DNA of 64,000 nt, from NCBI GenBank assembly GCA_024281375.1, contig JAJSAD010000044.1, positions 5,614-69,613 of the forward strand, written 5' to 3'. Position numbers and translations under genes: made by a program. Positions 19,260 through 27,798 of the stretch are shown piece by piece. The stretch is from Alphaproteobacteria bacterium. Lineage in GTDB: Bacteria; Pseudomonadota; Alphaproteobacteria; Caedimonadales; UBA9215. The notes below the pieces were generated by a model. It made no database searches and was not told the DNA's origin. It saw only the letters and a list, made by a program, of their open reading frames with translations. Position 1 is the first letter of the stretch. Each line of letters starts with the position of its first letter.

Positions 19260-20606
19260 ATGTTAAAACTTTTTTTACAGGCTTCCTTATCAACATTGTG
19301 GGACAGATTGTCTTTGCAAGGTAAATGGCAGCAAGTGGCATCGGCTATTGAGGCGGATGCCCTTATCTGTAAAGACTCCTTAGATGAAGAAACCTTTCTC
19401 CAAAATCCCCTGATGCCTCAAATCATTATAGGGAAAAAAGACTCTGTTTTATCTGAATTCTCGTGTGAGATGTCTACTCTAAATGATATTCCCGTTATTT
19501 TAGAATCTCTTGAGGAGATTATAAGTAAGAGTCAGACCCTCCATAATAAAAAAATTCCCTATAAGAATGATCTTTTCCATACAGTTCTTGCTTTTATTTG
19601 GACAAGAGGGGGATATGTAAAAGCTCATCTTTCTCATACTTTAACATATGGTTATGGCTATCCTTTTATTGAGAAAATTTGTAAAATCATAACGCCGCCG
19701 CCTTGGAAACATCAAAACCAGCAGGCGTCTCCTATCGTCGGTCTTTTGAACCACCTAGAGAAATTGAAGCTTCTTTCATCCCATATCGTGGAAAGGGCAC
19801 ATTCCTGTCCATCTTGCGCAAGTTTGAATATTATCTTGAGAGATGGCTGTTCCCAGTGTCATTCTCCTCATATTAATAAACATAGTATTGTGCATCACTT
19901 CAAGTGTGCCTACCAAGCAGCTCAACATCACTTTATTCGTAATACAGACAAGATCGTTGAGTTTATCTGCCCACACTGTCATGAAGAACTGATTCATTTT
20001 GGTGTTGATTATGATAAACCCGGTGAGGTTTTCTTATGTGAAAACTGTCATTACGAAAGTTCTGATACCGTTGTGGTTGGCAGGTGCTTGAATTGCCAGT
20101 TTAGCTTTCGCTCAAATGAGACAGCTCAATGTGTGATCAAAGATTATATTTTGACGGCCCTTGGTCATCGGGCTGTGTTGAGTTTAAGTTCAGATATTTT
20201 TTCACAGATTGAAGAGCTCGCCGATGAAAAAGACCTCATTTCTTATGCTGAATTCTTGCGACATACAAAGCACTTGTCATCTTATAAAGAACGTTATGGT
20301 CTGGAAGGTTTAATCCTTTCTATACAGATTTCTCAGACCCAAGATGAGGGGCAAACATTAGAAGACGAAACTCTGCTTCGTACCATTGGAAAGACTATTT
20401 TAAGGGATACGCGCGAGGGAGATTTGATCAGTGTGCATGACGGTCATATTTTTATTTTGATGATGGGGGCTCAAGAAGACACTAAAGAACAGGCCATTGA
20501 ACATATTCAACAGCTCATTCATGAAACCTTTAATGAAGATATTTCCGATCACATCATCATTGAGGAATATATGTTAGAGAATGTTCTAAAAGATCAGGAG
20601 CATTAA
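19260..20606 (+). CDS. multi-CxxC zinc-ribbon protein with C-terminal degenerate GGDEF-like domain (I-site retained); candidate c-di-GMP receptor
   Basis: Five CxxC pairs between residues 183 and 279 (CPSC, CSQC, CPHC, CENC, CLNC). The C-terminal ~140 aa align by eye to GGDEF domains (DYILTALGHRAVL ~ D.LTGL.NRR.F). The motif TREGDLISVHDGHIFILM corresponds to RxxD-N5-GGDEF, with RxxD intact and GGDEF replaced by DGHIF. Confidence 0.6.
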   Translation: MLKLFLQASLSTLWDRLSLQGKWQQVASAIEADALICKDSLDEETFLQNPLMPQIIIGKKDSVLSEFSCEMSTLNDIPVILESLEEIISKSQTLHNKKIPYKNDLFHTVLAFIWTRGGYVKAHLSHTLTYGYGYPFIEKICKIITPPPWKHQNQQASPIVGLLNHLEKLKLLSSHIVERAHSCPSCASLNIILRDGCSQCHSPHINKHSIVHHFKCAYQAAQHHFIRNTDKIVEFICPHCHEELIHFGVDYDKPGEVFLCENCHYESSDTVVVGRCLNCQFSFRSNETAQCVIKDYILTALGHRAVLSLSSDIFSQIEELADEKDLISYAEFLRHTKHLSSYKERYGLEGLILSIQISQTQDEGQTLEDETLLRTIGKTILRDTREGDLISVHDGHIFILMMGAQEDTKEQAIEHIQQLIHETFNEDISDHIIIEEYMLENVLKDQEH

Positions 20607-21898
20607 TGGAAACGGCTTATGATTTTTTTACAAACCAAACCACTGACTCCTTTATTAGAAATTACTGGATTGTGGTTTTTGTGGAGATCCCTCGTTTTTT
20701 TATGGGGGGGCTTCTGGTTATTTTCAGTATTCTCTTTTTTAAAAGCAAAGGTCAGACACCTGAAAGGTTAAACCGGATGGGAGCACAGATATTGAAAAAA
20801 GGCGTTAGTATTATTATTGCCATGCATAACGAAGAAGAAGCCATATGCCGAGCCCTTTCTTCTTTAAATGAACTTTGTACAGAGAATAAAACAATTATCG
20901 TCGTTAATGATGGGTCGACAGATGACTCACACAACGTTTGCTTAAGCCTCAAGAAAAAAGGGTTGATCCAACATTATATTTATAATGAATCCAGAGGCGG
21001 GAAGGCTGCTGCCGTTAATTTAGGCATTAGATATGTGAAAACCGATTTTTTTGTTGTGATGGATGCGGATACTTCCTTTGATCGAGATGCCTTAAATATT
21101 GCAGCCGCTTATTTTGAAGATTCCCACGTAGGGGCCGTCGGGGGAAATTTGGCTGTTCGTAATTATAACGATAATTTAATCACACGAACACAACAAATAA
21201 ATTACCTTCTGTCTATTACGCTTGGAAGAATTGTTCGTGATATGCTTGGGTTTTACTTTGTGGCTTCTGGTGCTTTTAGTATGTATAGAACCACAGCTAT
21301 TCATCAGCTCGGCGGCTGGGGATTTGGTCCCGGTGAAGATGCTGATATTGCCATACGCCTGCGCATTGCAGGGTGGACTGTGAGATTTGCTTTTTTTGCT
21401 ACAGGACAAACGGCTGTTCCTGACAGCGCACCAGGACTCATCAAGCAGAGAATGAGGTGGGATCGATCCCTCATTCGATTAAGATATCGCAAATATCTAG
21501 GGCATGTTTTAAATCCTTTTCGAGCTTCGTTTAAACTTCCTCTGGCCCTCAGTTTTTTCGATATTTATTTCTTTACAGCTCTCCATCCTTTTTTATTCGT
21601 TGGGTTTGTCACGGAAAAAGTTGTCTTGTATGGGCCATCAGCACTCCTATTTATCATCACAACTATGTTTTTATTTTTGATTATAGATACCTTTAAAATC
21701 TTAATGGTTTTTGCGTTATTACGTTCTCAATATCATCAATACTCTTTATTGTTGTACGTTCCTTATTATACATTTTATAATATTTATTTTTTACGTTTCG
21801 TAAGACTATTTGCCGTTTGCCATGAACTTATTTTTAGGGGATCTTACAAGGATGATTATGTGCCTAAAAAAGTTAGAGATAAAATAAAAAGATATTAA
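20606..21898 (+). CDS. processive family-2 glycosyltransferase (PgaC/IcaA/NodC/BcsA-class membrane synthase)
   Basis: VNDGSTDDS, GGKAAAVNLG, the DxD motif VVMDADT, GPGEDADI and the QxxRW motif KQRMRWDRS. One N-terminal and several C-terminal TM segments. The start overlaps the upstream stop (TAATG). Confidence 0.85.
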   Translation: METAYDFFTNQTTDSFIRNYWIVVFVEIPRFFMGGLLVIFSILFFKSKGQTPERLNRMGAQILKKGVSIIIAMHNEEEAICRALSSLNELCTENKTIIVVNDGSTDDSHNVCLSLKKKGLIQHYIYNESRGGKAAAVNLGIRYVKTDFFVVMDADTSFDRDALNIAAAYFEDSHVGAVGGNLAVRNYNDNLITRTQQINYLLSITLGRIVRDMLGFYFVASGAFSMYRTTAIHQLGGWGFGPGEDADIAIRLRIAGWTVRFAFFATGQTAVPDSAPGLIKQRMRWDRSLIRLRYRKYLGHVLNPFRASFKLPLALSFFDIYFFTALHPFLFVGFVTEKVVLYGPSALLFIITTMFLFLIIDTFKILMVFALLRSQYHQYSLLLYVPYYTFYNIYFLRFVRLFAVCHELIFRGSYKDDYVPKKVRDKIKRY

Positions 21899-23062
21899 AT
21901 GAAACAGATAAATAATCAAAAAACAGCCTATAGAATTAAACGTGATAAACGGTCGTTCTCACTAAAATTTGGGCGTTACCTCTATCTCTTTGTTATTGCT
22001 CTTCTTTTTCTGTGGATTTTTCACCTAACCTTTTCCTTTTTATATTTATTAGATGGAGACGGTTTTTTGACGGCAGATAGTGAAATTGTTGCTTTTGAGT
22101 ATGACACTTCTCTGGAAACGATCCTTGTTGAGAATGGAGATGACGTTAAACAGGGGCAAGAACTTTTCAGGTATGATTCGTCTGACTATCGATTGCAGTT
22201 GGTTGATCTTCTTTTTAGACAAGTTAATCTGCTACAAGATTTTTCTGAAACGGGCGTGCATTTAAAGAAAATTGATGCCCAAATAGCCAGTACGAAAAAA
22301 TACTTAGGTGTTGCGAAAGGTATTGTGGATAAAATAAAAAAACTTGAAAAAAGGGAGTTGATATCCAATAGGCGTCGAAGCATAGAATACATGCGCTATT
22401 TTGATGCTCTCAAAGAATTTGAGGATTATACGGCGGAAAAGGGCGGTCTTTCTGCCCAGCACCATCAAATTAAGCAGAAATTACAGATGGTTGCAAAAAA
22501 TGTTACACACTTAGTGGATTCTTTTCATGAGGGGGTGGCCCGAGCCCCCATGGATGGTGTCGTTGGTGACTTAGAATTAGAACCAGGCTCTGTTGTTGAA
22601 AAATCTGAGCCTGTTTTGCGGATATTTTCAAATCTCCGTTACCTTCTTGTTTATTTTAAAAGTTCGTCTGTTTCAACAAAATTGGAGGATATTGTGATTG
22701 TTCATATTCCAGGAAAAGGATTTCATTTTGGAACGGTTGTGGACAGGGATCGTGTTGCCTCTTCAATTCCTGAAGAAATAAAACCAAAATTTCGCCCCGC
22801 AGAACGTCGCCGTGCCATGATCGTGATGATGGACCAAAAGGTTTTACGAGCGTCCCCCCTTATGAAGTCAATTCATGTCTACAAACCCATGGGCTTAGAA
22901 TCCCTTGTTGCTTTGTTTGATATTAAACGGGAGCACCACAAGGAATACAAAGCTTTCTTAAAAGAGCGCAAAAAACGTTTCGAAGATGTTCGCTCTAAAC
23001 ACTCACAATCAATGGCCGCCCTACATGATAAAGCCCGTGCTATAAAAACTTTTTCCGATTAA
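21899..23062 (+). CDS. HlyD-family periplasmic adaptor (membrane fusion protein)
   Basis: N-terminal TM helix YLYLFVIALLFLWIFHLTFSFLYLL. Split barrel-sandwich halves (VENGDDVKQGQELFRYD and RAPMDGVVGDLELEPGSVVEKSEPVLRI) flank a long coiled-coil region. The ATG directly abuts the upstream TAA. Confidence 0.8.
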   Translation: MKQINNQKTAYRIKRDKRSFSLKFGRYLYLFVIALLFLWIFHLTFSFLYLLDGDGFLTADSEIVAFEYDTSLETILVENGDDVKQGQELFRYDSSDYRLQLVDLLFRQVNLLQDFSETGVHLKKIDAQIASTKKYLGVAKGIVDKIKKLEKRELISNRRRSIEYMRYFDALKEFEDYTAEKGGLSAQHHQIKQKLQMVAKNVTHLVDSFHEGVARAPMDGVVGDLELEPGSVVEKSEPVLRIFSNLRYLLVYFKSSSVSTKLEDIVIVHIPGKGFHFGTVVDRDRVASSIPEEIKPKFRPAERRRAMIVMMDQKVLRASPLMKSIHVYKPMGLESLVALFDIKREHHKEYKAFLKERKKRFEDVRSKHSQSMAALHDKARAIKTFSD

Positions 23063-23063
23063 A

Positions 23064-23095
23064 GAATAAAAAAGAGGAGAGGGGGCTCCCTCTCC
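23064..23095 (-). terminator. rho-independent terminator (for the minus-strand gene 23138-23713; possibly bidirectional)
   Basis: Perfect 8-bp stem GGAGAGGG/CCCTCTCC (23076-23083/23088-23095) with a 4-nt loop. The A-run on the plus side is a T-run on the minus strand. Confidence 0.6.
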
Positions 23096-23137
23096 ACATC
23101 TATTTAGAAAATCCTCCGCATAAAAACAGAGAAAGGA

Positions 23138-23713
23138 TTAAGAACCGGCTTCGACTAATTCTAGAGCAGACTCTAATTTTCCGTAATTTTCTTCATTTTG
23201 CATTCTGTCATTAAAGAAGGCTCCCGTTGATTTCGTGTAAAAAACGGGTAATATTTTTGTCAACTCCGACCCTATATTGACTCCAGAGCTTATTTTCTTT
23301 TTTAAGTCTCTGAAATTCATAGGAGCACTTGTAGAACCGTTATTCTGTATCGTAGCAACAATTACTGATTTTGCTGAGCTATGAGAGACAAAGTCTTGAA
23401 TAAGACCTTCAAGGTATGTATCTTCACCAGGATGTAATCTATCTCCCCCTCTTCTTATTTTCAAGATTAAAAATAACTTTTGATTAGAAGCCTTGGCGGC
23501 CGCATCTCCAATATCGTAGGGCCCGTCCATAGTAATCTTACCCTCTTTATTAACGAATTTTGCGAAGCCTTCTTTAAAGGTCTTTACCGCATTATTTTTT
23601 TGGTCATCAAAAAAAATATTTCCAGTATTATCTACAAGCAAAGTTACATCGGGGGCAGCTGACACCGGCACTGACATAGAAAACAGAAAACCAATCAAAA
23701 CGAATAAACGCAT
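23138..23713 (-). CDS. secreted hypothetical protein
   Basis: 191-aa ORF with the signal peptide MRLFVLIGFLFSMSVPVSA. No recognisable domain. Confidence 0.5.
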   Translation of the reverse strand: MRLFVLIGFLFSMSVPVSAAPDVTLLVDNTGNIFFDDQKNNAVKTFKEGFAKFVNKEGKITMDGPYDIGDAAAKASNQKLFLILKIRRGGDRLHPGEDTYLEGLIQDFVSHSSAKSVIVATIQNNGSTSAPMNFRDLKKKISSGVNIGSELTKILPVFYTKSTGAFFNDRMQNEENYGKLESALELVEAGS

Positions 23714-23907
23714 TATTTTAACTCCTTAAGTTATTTAAATAAATTTATAATACACATATCATATTTTACCAATTAAAACCACCTACGTCAATAGGTAAAA
23801 TCACATTTATGAGCACTATATATATAGTGCAAAGGATTTTTTTACTCTTTCATTCGGCTTATTACTTTTTTTCCTCCACTTTATCCTGTATTTTTATACT
23901 TTCAATT

Positions 23908-23922
23908 TTGACAAATAGTCAA
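23908..23922. promoter_or_regulatory. palindrome TTGACAAATAGTCAA (copy 1 of an exact 16-mer)
   Basis: TTGAC-N5-GTCAA inverted repeat. The 16-mer TTGACAAATAGTCAAA is identical to the one at 27929-27944. Confidence 0.4.
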
Positions 23923-24038
23923 AAAAACAGAAGAAAAAACGAAAAGAAAAGAATGTTTCCGGCAGCGAAAAACAGCTTTTTGGGGGCTGACTTTTTGCCT
24001 CAATTCGTTATATTACAGGATATATAAGAGATATGTAT

Positions 24039-24115
24039 GTGCCCGTAGCTCAGTTGGATAGAGCACAGGATTCCTAATCCTGGGGTCGGAAGTTCGAATC
24101 TTCTCGGGCACACCA
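24039..24115 (+). tRNA. tRNA-Arg (anticodon CCT)
   Basis: GTGCCCG/CGGGCAC acceptor stem, D-arm AGCTCAGTTGGATAGAGC, anticodon loop TTCCTAA, T-arm GGAAGTTCGAATCTTCT and an encoded CCA. Confidence 0.9.
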
Positions 24116-24292
24116 CTATTCTCAATAAGTCAAATTCAAAAAAAGGGGCTTTTGCAGCATAAATGAAATATCTAAGACTTTCCTGCCATTTCTGAAGCAT
24201 TACGGGGGTGTCTTTAAAGAAAAACTCACAAATCCCAAAAAAAGGCTTTCCTTTTAAGGCTGTTTTCGCTACAAAGAAGACATCCTAAGAGT

Positions 24293-24367
24293 GGGTGTTT
24301 AGCTCAGCGGGAGAGCATCTCGTTTACACCGAGACGGTCGGGGGTTCAAATCCCTCAACACCCACCA
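24293..24367 (+). tRNA. tRNA-Val (anticodon TAC)
   Basis: GGGTGTT/AACACCC acceptor stem, anticodon loop TTTACAC, T-arm GGGGGTTCAAATCCCTC and an encoded CCA. Confidence 0.9.
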
Positions 24368-24463
24368 TTCTTTTTCTATAAATCCACCTCTATTCCCCCC
24401 GTCGACCTTATCTTAAAAACGTGTATACTTTTCTTATAGTCGTTCCAAAAAGGTTTATGATAT

Positions 24464-25840
24464 ATGCTTCGTGGTCTTTGTGAGGAAATTAGTCGTCTCA
24501 CCCCCGTCCATCCTTTTGGATTTGTGACCTCTATTGTGGGGAGTATCATTGAGGTGAGTGGCCTTCAAAAGATTGTTTCTGTTGGATCGGTATGCCGCCT
24601 TGAAAATCGAGCAGGCATTTCTTTCCCTTGTGAGGTTGTTGGCTTTAAAAACGACCAAACTCTCGTCATGGGATATGATTCTATTGATGGCCTGGGGCCT
24701 GAGTGCAAAGTCACGTATGAAGGTCACCATAATGTGATCTATCCCCATGAAAGCTGGTTAGGACGCACCCTAGATGGCTTTGGCGTGCCTATTGATTCTA
24801 AAGGGCAATTGCCTTCTGGCCCCCAATCTTATGACCTTAATGCTTCTCCTATTCCAGCCCATAAACGTCGCCTTGTGGAAAATCGCATAGACCTTGGGGT
24901 GCGGGCTATGAATACTTTTACAACCTGTTGTGCGGGACAACGCATGGGGATTTTTGCAGGCTCTGGCGTGGGTAAGTCTATCCTTTTATCGATGCTCGCA
25001 AAATTTTCCAAAGCTGAAACCATTGTCATTGGCCTCATTGGAGAGCGGGGACGTGAAGTCAAAGAATTCATTGAAAAGCACCTTGGGGAAGAGGGCATGG
25101 CAAAAAGCGTTGTGGTTGTTGCGACCTCCGATGAGCCCGCTCTCATGCGTCGCCGTGCCGCGTACACAACCCTATCCATTGCGGAATATTTTAGAGATCA
25201 AGGTAAAGAAGTCCTCTGTTTGATGGATAGTGTGACGCGTTTTGCCATGGCGTTGCGAGAAATTGGCCTTTCTATTGGGGAGCCTCCCACAACAAAGGGC
25301 TACACACCCAATGTGTTTGTAGAGCTTCCCCGGCTTCTTGAGCGTAATGGTCCTGGCAGTGATCTCCACAAACAACACCAGGGCAATATCACAGGGCTTT
25401 TCACTGTTTTGGTGGAGGGAGATGATGATAACGAGCCCATTTCTGATACCACTAGAGGCATTCTTGATGGGCATATTATGTTGGATCGTAAGATTGCGGA
25501 GCGGGGCCGTTATCCAGCCATTAATATCTTGCGCAGTATTTCAAGAACCATGCCTGACTGTAATAATGCCGAGGAATCAGAGCTCATCCAACGGGCAAGA
25601 GAGTACCTTTCCACTTACGATGATATGGAAGAACTTATTCGTCTCGGCGCGTATCGCAAGGGCTCTAACCCCAAGGTCGATGAAGCCATTCAATACTATG
25701 AACAACTGGACCCCTTTATCTCCCAAAGCAAAGATAGACAAATCACTTTTGAAGATGGTTTTGAGACTCTTGCAACGATCTTCGGCTGTCAAGAAAAGGA
25801 AAGTGAAACGACTGAAATCGTCAGCGGATTTGAAAGCTAG
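24464..25840 (+). CDS. fliI: flagellum-specific (type III secretion) ATPase FliI
   Basis: Walker A FAGSGVGKSILL, Walker B VLCLMDSVTRFA and the GSITGLFTVLVEGDD-type motif (GNITGLFTVLVEGDDDNEPI). Confidence 0.9.
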   Translation: MLRGLCEEISRLTPVHPFGFVTSIVGSIIEVSGLQKIVSVGSVCRLENRAGISFPCEVVGFKNDQTLVMGYDSIDGLGPECKVTYEGHHNVIYPHESWLGRTLDGFGVPIDSKGQLPSGPQSYDLNASPIPAHKRRLVENRIDLGVRAMNTFTTCCAGQRMGIFAGSGVGKSILLSMLAKFSKAETIVIGLIGERGREVKEFIEKHLGEEGMAKSVVVVATSDEPALMRRRAAYTTLSIAEYFRDQGKEVLCLMDSVTRFAMALREIGLSIGEPPTTKGYTPNVFVELPRLLERNGPGSDLHKQHQGNITGLFTVLVEGDDDNEPISDTTRGILDGHIMLDRKIAERGRYPAINILRSISRTMPDCNNAEESELIQRAREYLSTYDDMEELIRLGAYRKGSNPKVDEAIQYYEQLDPFISQSKDRQITFEDGFETLATIFGCQEKESETTEIVSGFES

Positions 25841-25910
25841 AATTGAATGAGTCATATATTAAAAAAGGGTTTCTTTTTGTTGATATCCTTGGCATAGTAG
25901 AATTGAAGTA

Positions 25911-26545
25911 TTGAGTTATGCGATAGATATGAAAGACGACAGTCCGAGACCGAGCTTGCAAGATGCAAGTACCATGACCTCTTCTCCTATGGTCGATTTT
26001 AGCGACCTCTCTCAACACCACGTTGATATCTTAATCCATGAATCTAAATGGAAAGACGATCTTTCTTTTGATTTTCACTCTGTTATCCATAAGTGTTTTG
26101 CTGTAACCGTGCAAGATATTGTCAAATCTAAGGCTATTTTTGAGTTGAGTATCCTTTTAACAAATGATGCAGAAAGCCAAAAACTAAACCAAGCTTATCG
26201 GCAACAAGATAAACCCACTAATGTACTCTCTTTCGAATCAGGGGAGCCCATTCAACATCTTGCGGCTCAACACCAACAGATCATAGCGGAGGAGGGGGCT
26301 CAAGTGCTTACTCCTAAAGCTATTCCCTTGGGAGATATTGCCCTTTCCTATGAAACGCTTTTGCGGGAATCACAGGAGCAAAACAAAACTTTTGAAGATC
26401 ACTTTACGCATTTGATGATTCATGGGCTTCTTCACCTTTGGGCTTTGACCATACAACGGATCTGGAGGCTGACACCATGGAAGCCCTTGAAATCAACCTT
26501 TTAAAAAAACATTTTCATCTCAATAATCCTTATAGGACACCCTAG
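25911..26545 (+). CDS. ybeY: endoribonuclease YbeY, interrupted by a 1-nt deletion in a T-run inside the catalytic His motif
   Basis: The track ORF reads HLMIHGLLHLWALTIQ... and stops at 26504. Shifting by +1 at TTT 26437-26439 gives [32 protein letters not shown]... (canonical HxxxHxxxxxH). That frame ends at TAG 26543-26545, 4 nt before the next gene. The N-terminal start is uncertain. Confidence 0.75.
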
Positions 26546-26549
26546 GAAC

Positions 26550-27398
26550 ATGGAACAACCCTCTTTATTATCACGCTTTTTGGGGCTTTTTAAAAAGAAA
26601 GAAGACAGCGATGTGCGCGAAGCTATTTCCGAGCTCATTGCCGAGAATGAAACCGATACAGACTCCTCCTTAAATGAAGAAGAAAGAGAACTTTTTAGCA
26701 ATATACTTGCTCTTCAAGAAATGACCGTTGAAGATGTTATGATCCCTCGAGCAGATATGGTGGCACTTCCTCTGGAGGCAACTTATGAGGAAACCGTTGC
26801 TCTTATGCACTCTAAGAATTATTCACGTTTTCCTATTTTTTCTGAAAAAATGGATGATATACGCGGGTTCATCCATATCAAAGACATTTCTAACGCACTT
26901 AATACCAAAGATTTTGATTGCCGTAAAATTCTGTGTCGTATTCTTTTTGTGCCAACATCTATGCCCGTGATGGATTTGCTCAGTAAAATGCGTAAAGAAC
27001 AAATTTCCATTGCTATTGTGGTGGATGAATTTGGAGGGACAGACGGTGTTGTAACGGCATGGGATATTTTGCGGGAAATCTTAGGAGATATGGATATGAC
27101 AGAACATGAAGATGTAAACGCCAAACTTATTCAAGAAGAGGGAGGCTCTTACTTAGCGGATGCGAGATACCCCATTGATGACCTTGAAGAAGAACTTGGA
27201 TTGACCTTAACCGATGCTGAGATGGAAGAAGAAGTTGATACCGTTGGGGGTCTTGTTCTTTACTTAGCGGGTCGCGTCCCTGATCGAAAAGAAGTGATTG
27301 AGCACCCTGCCGGTTTTGAATTCGAAGTCGTTGAGGCAACACCTCGGGCGCTTTTAGAAATCCGTATCTCAAAAAAAGATGCTGGAACATCAATATAG
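26550..27398 (+). CDS. corC: CBS-pair/CorC_HlyC domain protein (CorC/YbeX family)
   Basis: Two CBS domains followed by a transporter-associated C-terminal domain. The position downstream of ybeY is conserved. Confidence 0.8.
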   Translation: MEQPSLLSRFLGLFKKKEDSDVREAISELIAENETDTDSSLNEEERELFSNILALQEMTVEDVMIPRADMVALPLEATYEETVALMHSKNYSRFPIFSEKMDDIRGFIHIKDISNALNTKDFDCRKILCRILFVPTSMPVMDLLSKMRKEQISIAIVVDEFGGTDGVVTAWDILREILGDMDMTEHEDVNAKLIQEEGGSYLADARYPIDDLEEELGLTLTDAEMEEEVDTVGGLVLYLAGRVPDRKEVIEHPAGFEFEVVEATPRALLEIRISKKDAGTSI

Positions 27399-27430
27399 CC
27401 ATTCTCAAAAAGCCCCAGACATCATTCACG
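27397..27430 (+). repeat. MITE/RPE-like element, left-arm-only copy d
   Basis: AGCCATTCTCAAAAAGCCCCAGACATCATT matches the left arms of copies a and b. The corC TAG (27396-27398) sits at the element edge. Confidence 0.7.
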
Positions 27431-27666
27431 TATAAATAAAATTTAGTAACTATAATGTTTTAGTCCAGACCAGAGCTCCCGGAAAATAAACCCAATCGGG
27501 TTGAAAATTAAATTTAGAAGCCGCTAAGAGAAAAAATCAACCCGAAAGGGTTGATTTCAGATTGGAGTCCCGGCCAAGCTAAAACATCCATATCATTTTC
27601 CATAATATATATTATGCGACTTATCTATCTTAAATATGCAACTTTTCAGCACCCTCTTTATAAAGG

Positions 27667-27709
27667 CGGACATTTCCAAATTGCTCAACCGGACATTTCC
27701 AAATTGCTC
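27667..27709 (+). repeat. perfect 20-nt direct repeat, period 23
   Basis: CGGACATTTCCAAATTGCTC at 27667-27686 and again at 27690-27709. Confidence 0.9.
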
Positions 27710-27798
27710 TTACATATCCAAATAAAGTATTGAAACGTTTTTATCCAGAATATTATTCATAATCTTCTGAATGGAAATAAAAAAGTAAGCTGCAGAAG

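Noticed and set aside
24000-24200. 66-aa minus-strand ORF.
   Set aside because: It is the antisense translation of tRNA-Arg and its flanks (PRRFELPTPGLGILCSIQLSYG is typical tRNA-antisense sequence).
25338-25850. 170-aa ORF in an alternative frame of fliI.
   Set aside because: It lies fully inside the well-supported fliI frame and its sequence is low-complexity and atypical.
27457-27585. A segment starting GTTTTAG and ending CTAAAAC, reminiscent of type II CRISPR repeat or tracrRNA termini.
   Set aside because: It is a single copy with no repeat-spacer periodicity and no cas genes in the window, and the similarity is limited to 7 nt. Kept only as an unexplained structured segment.
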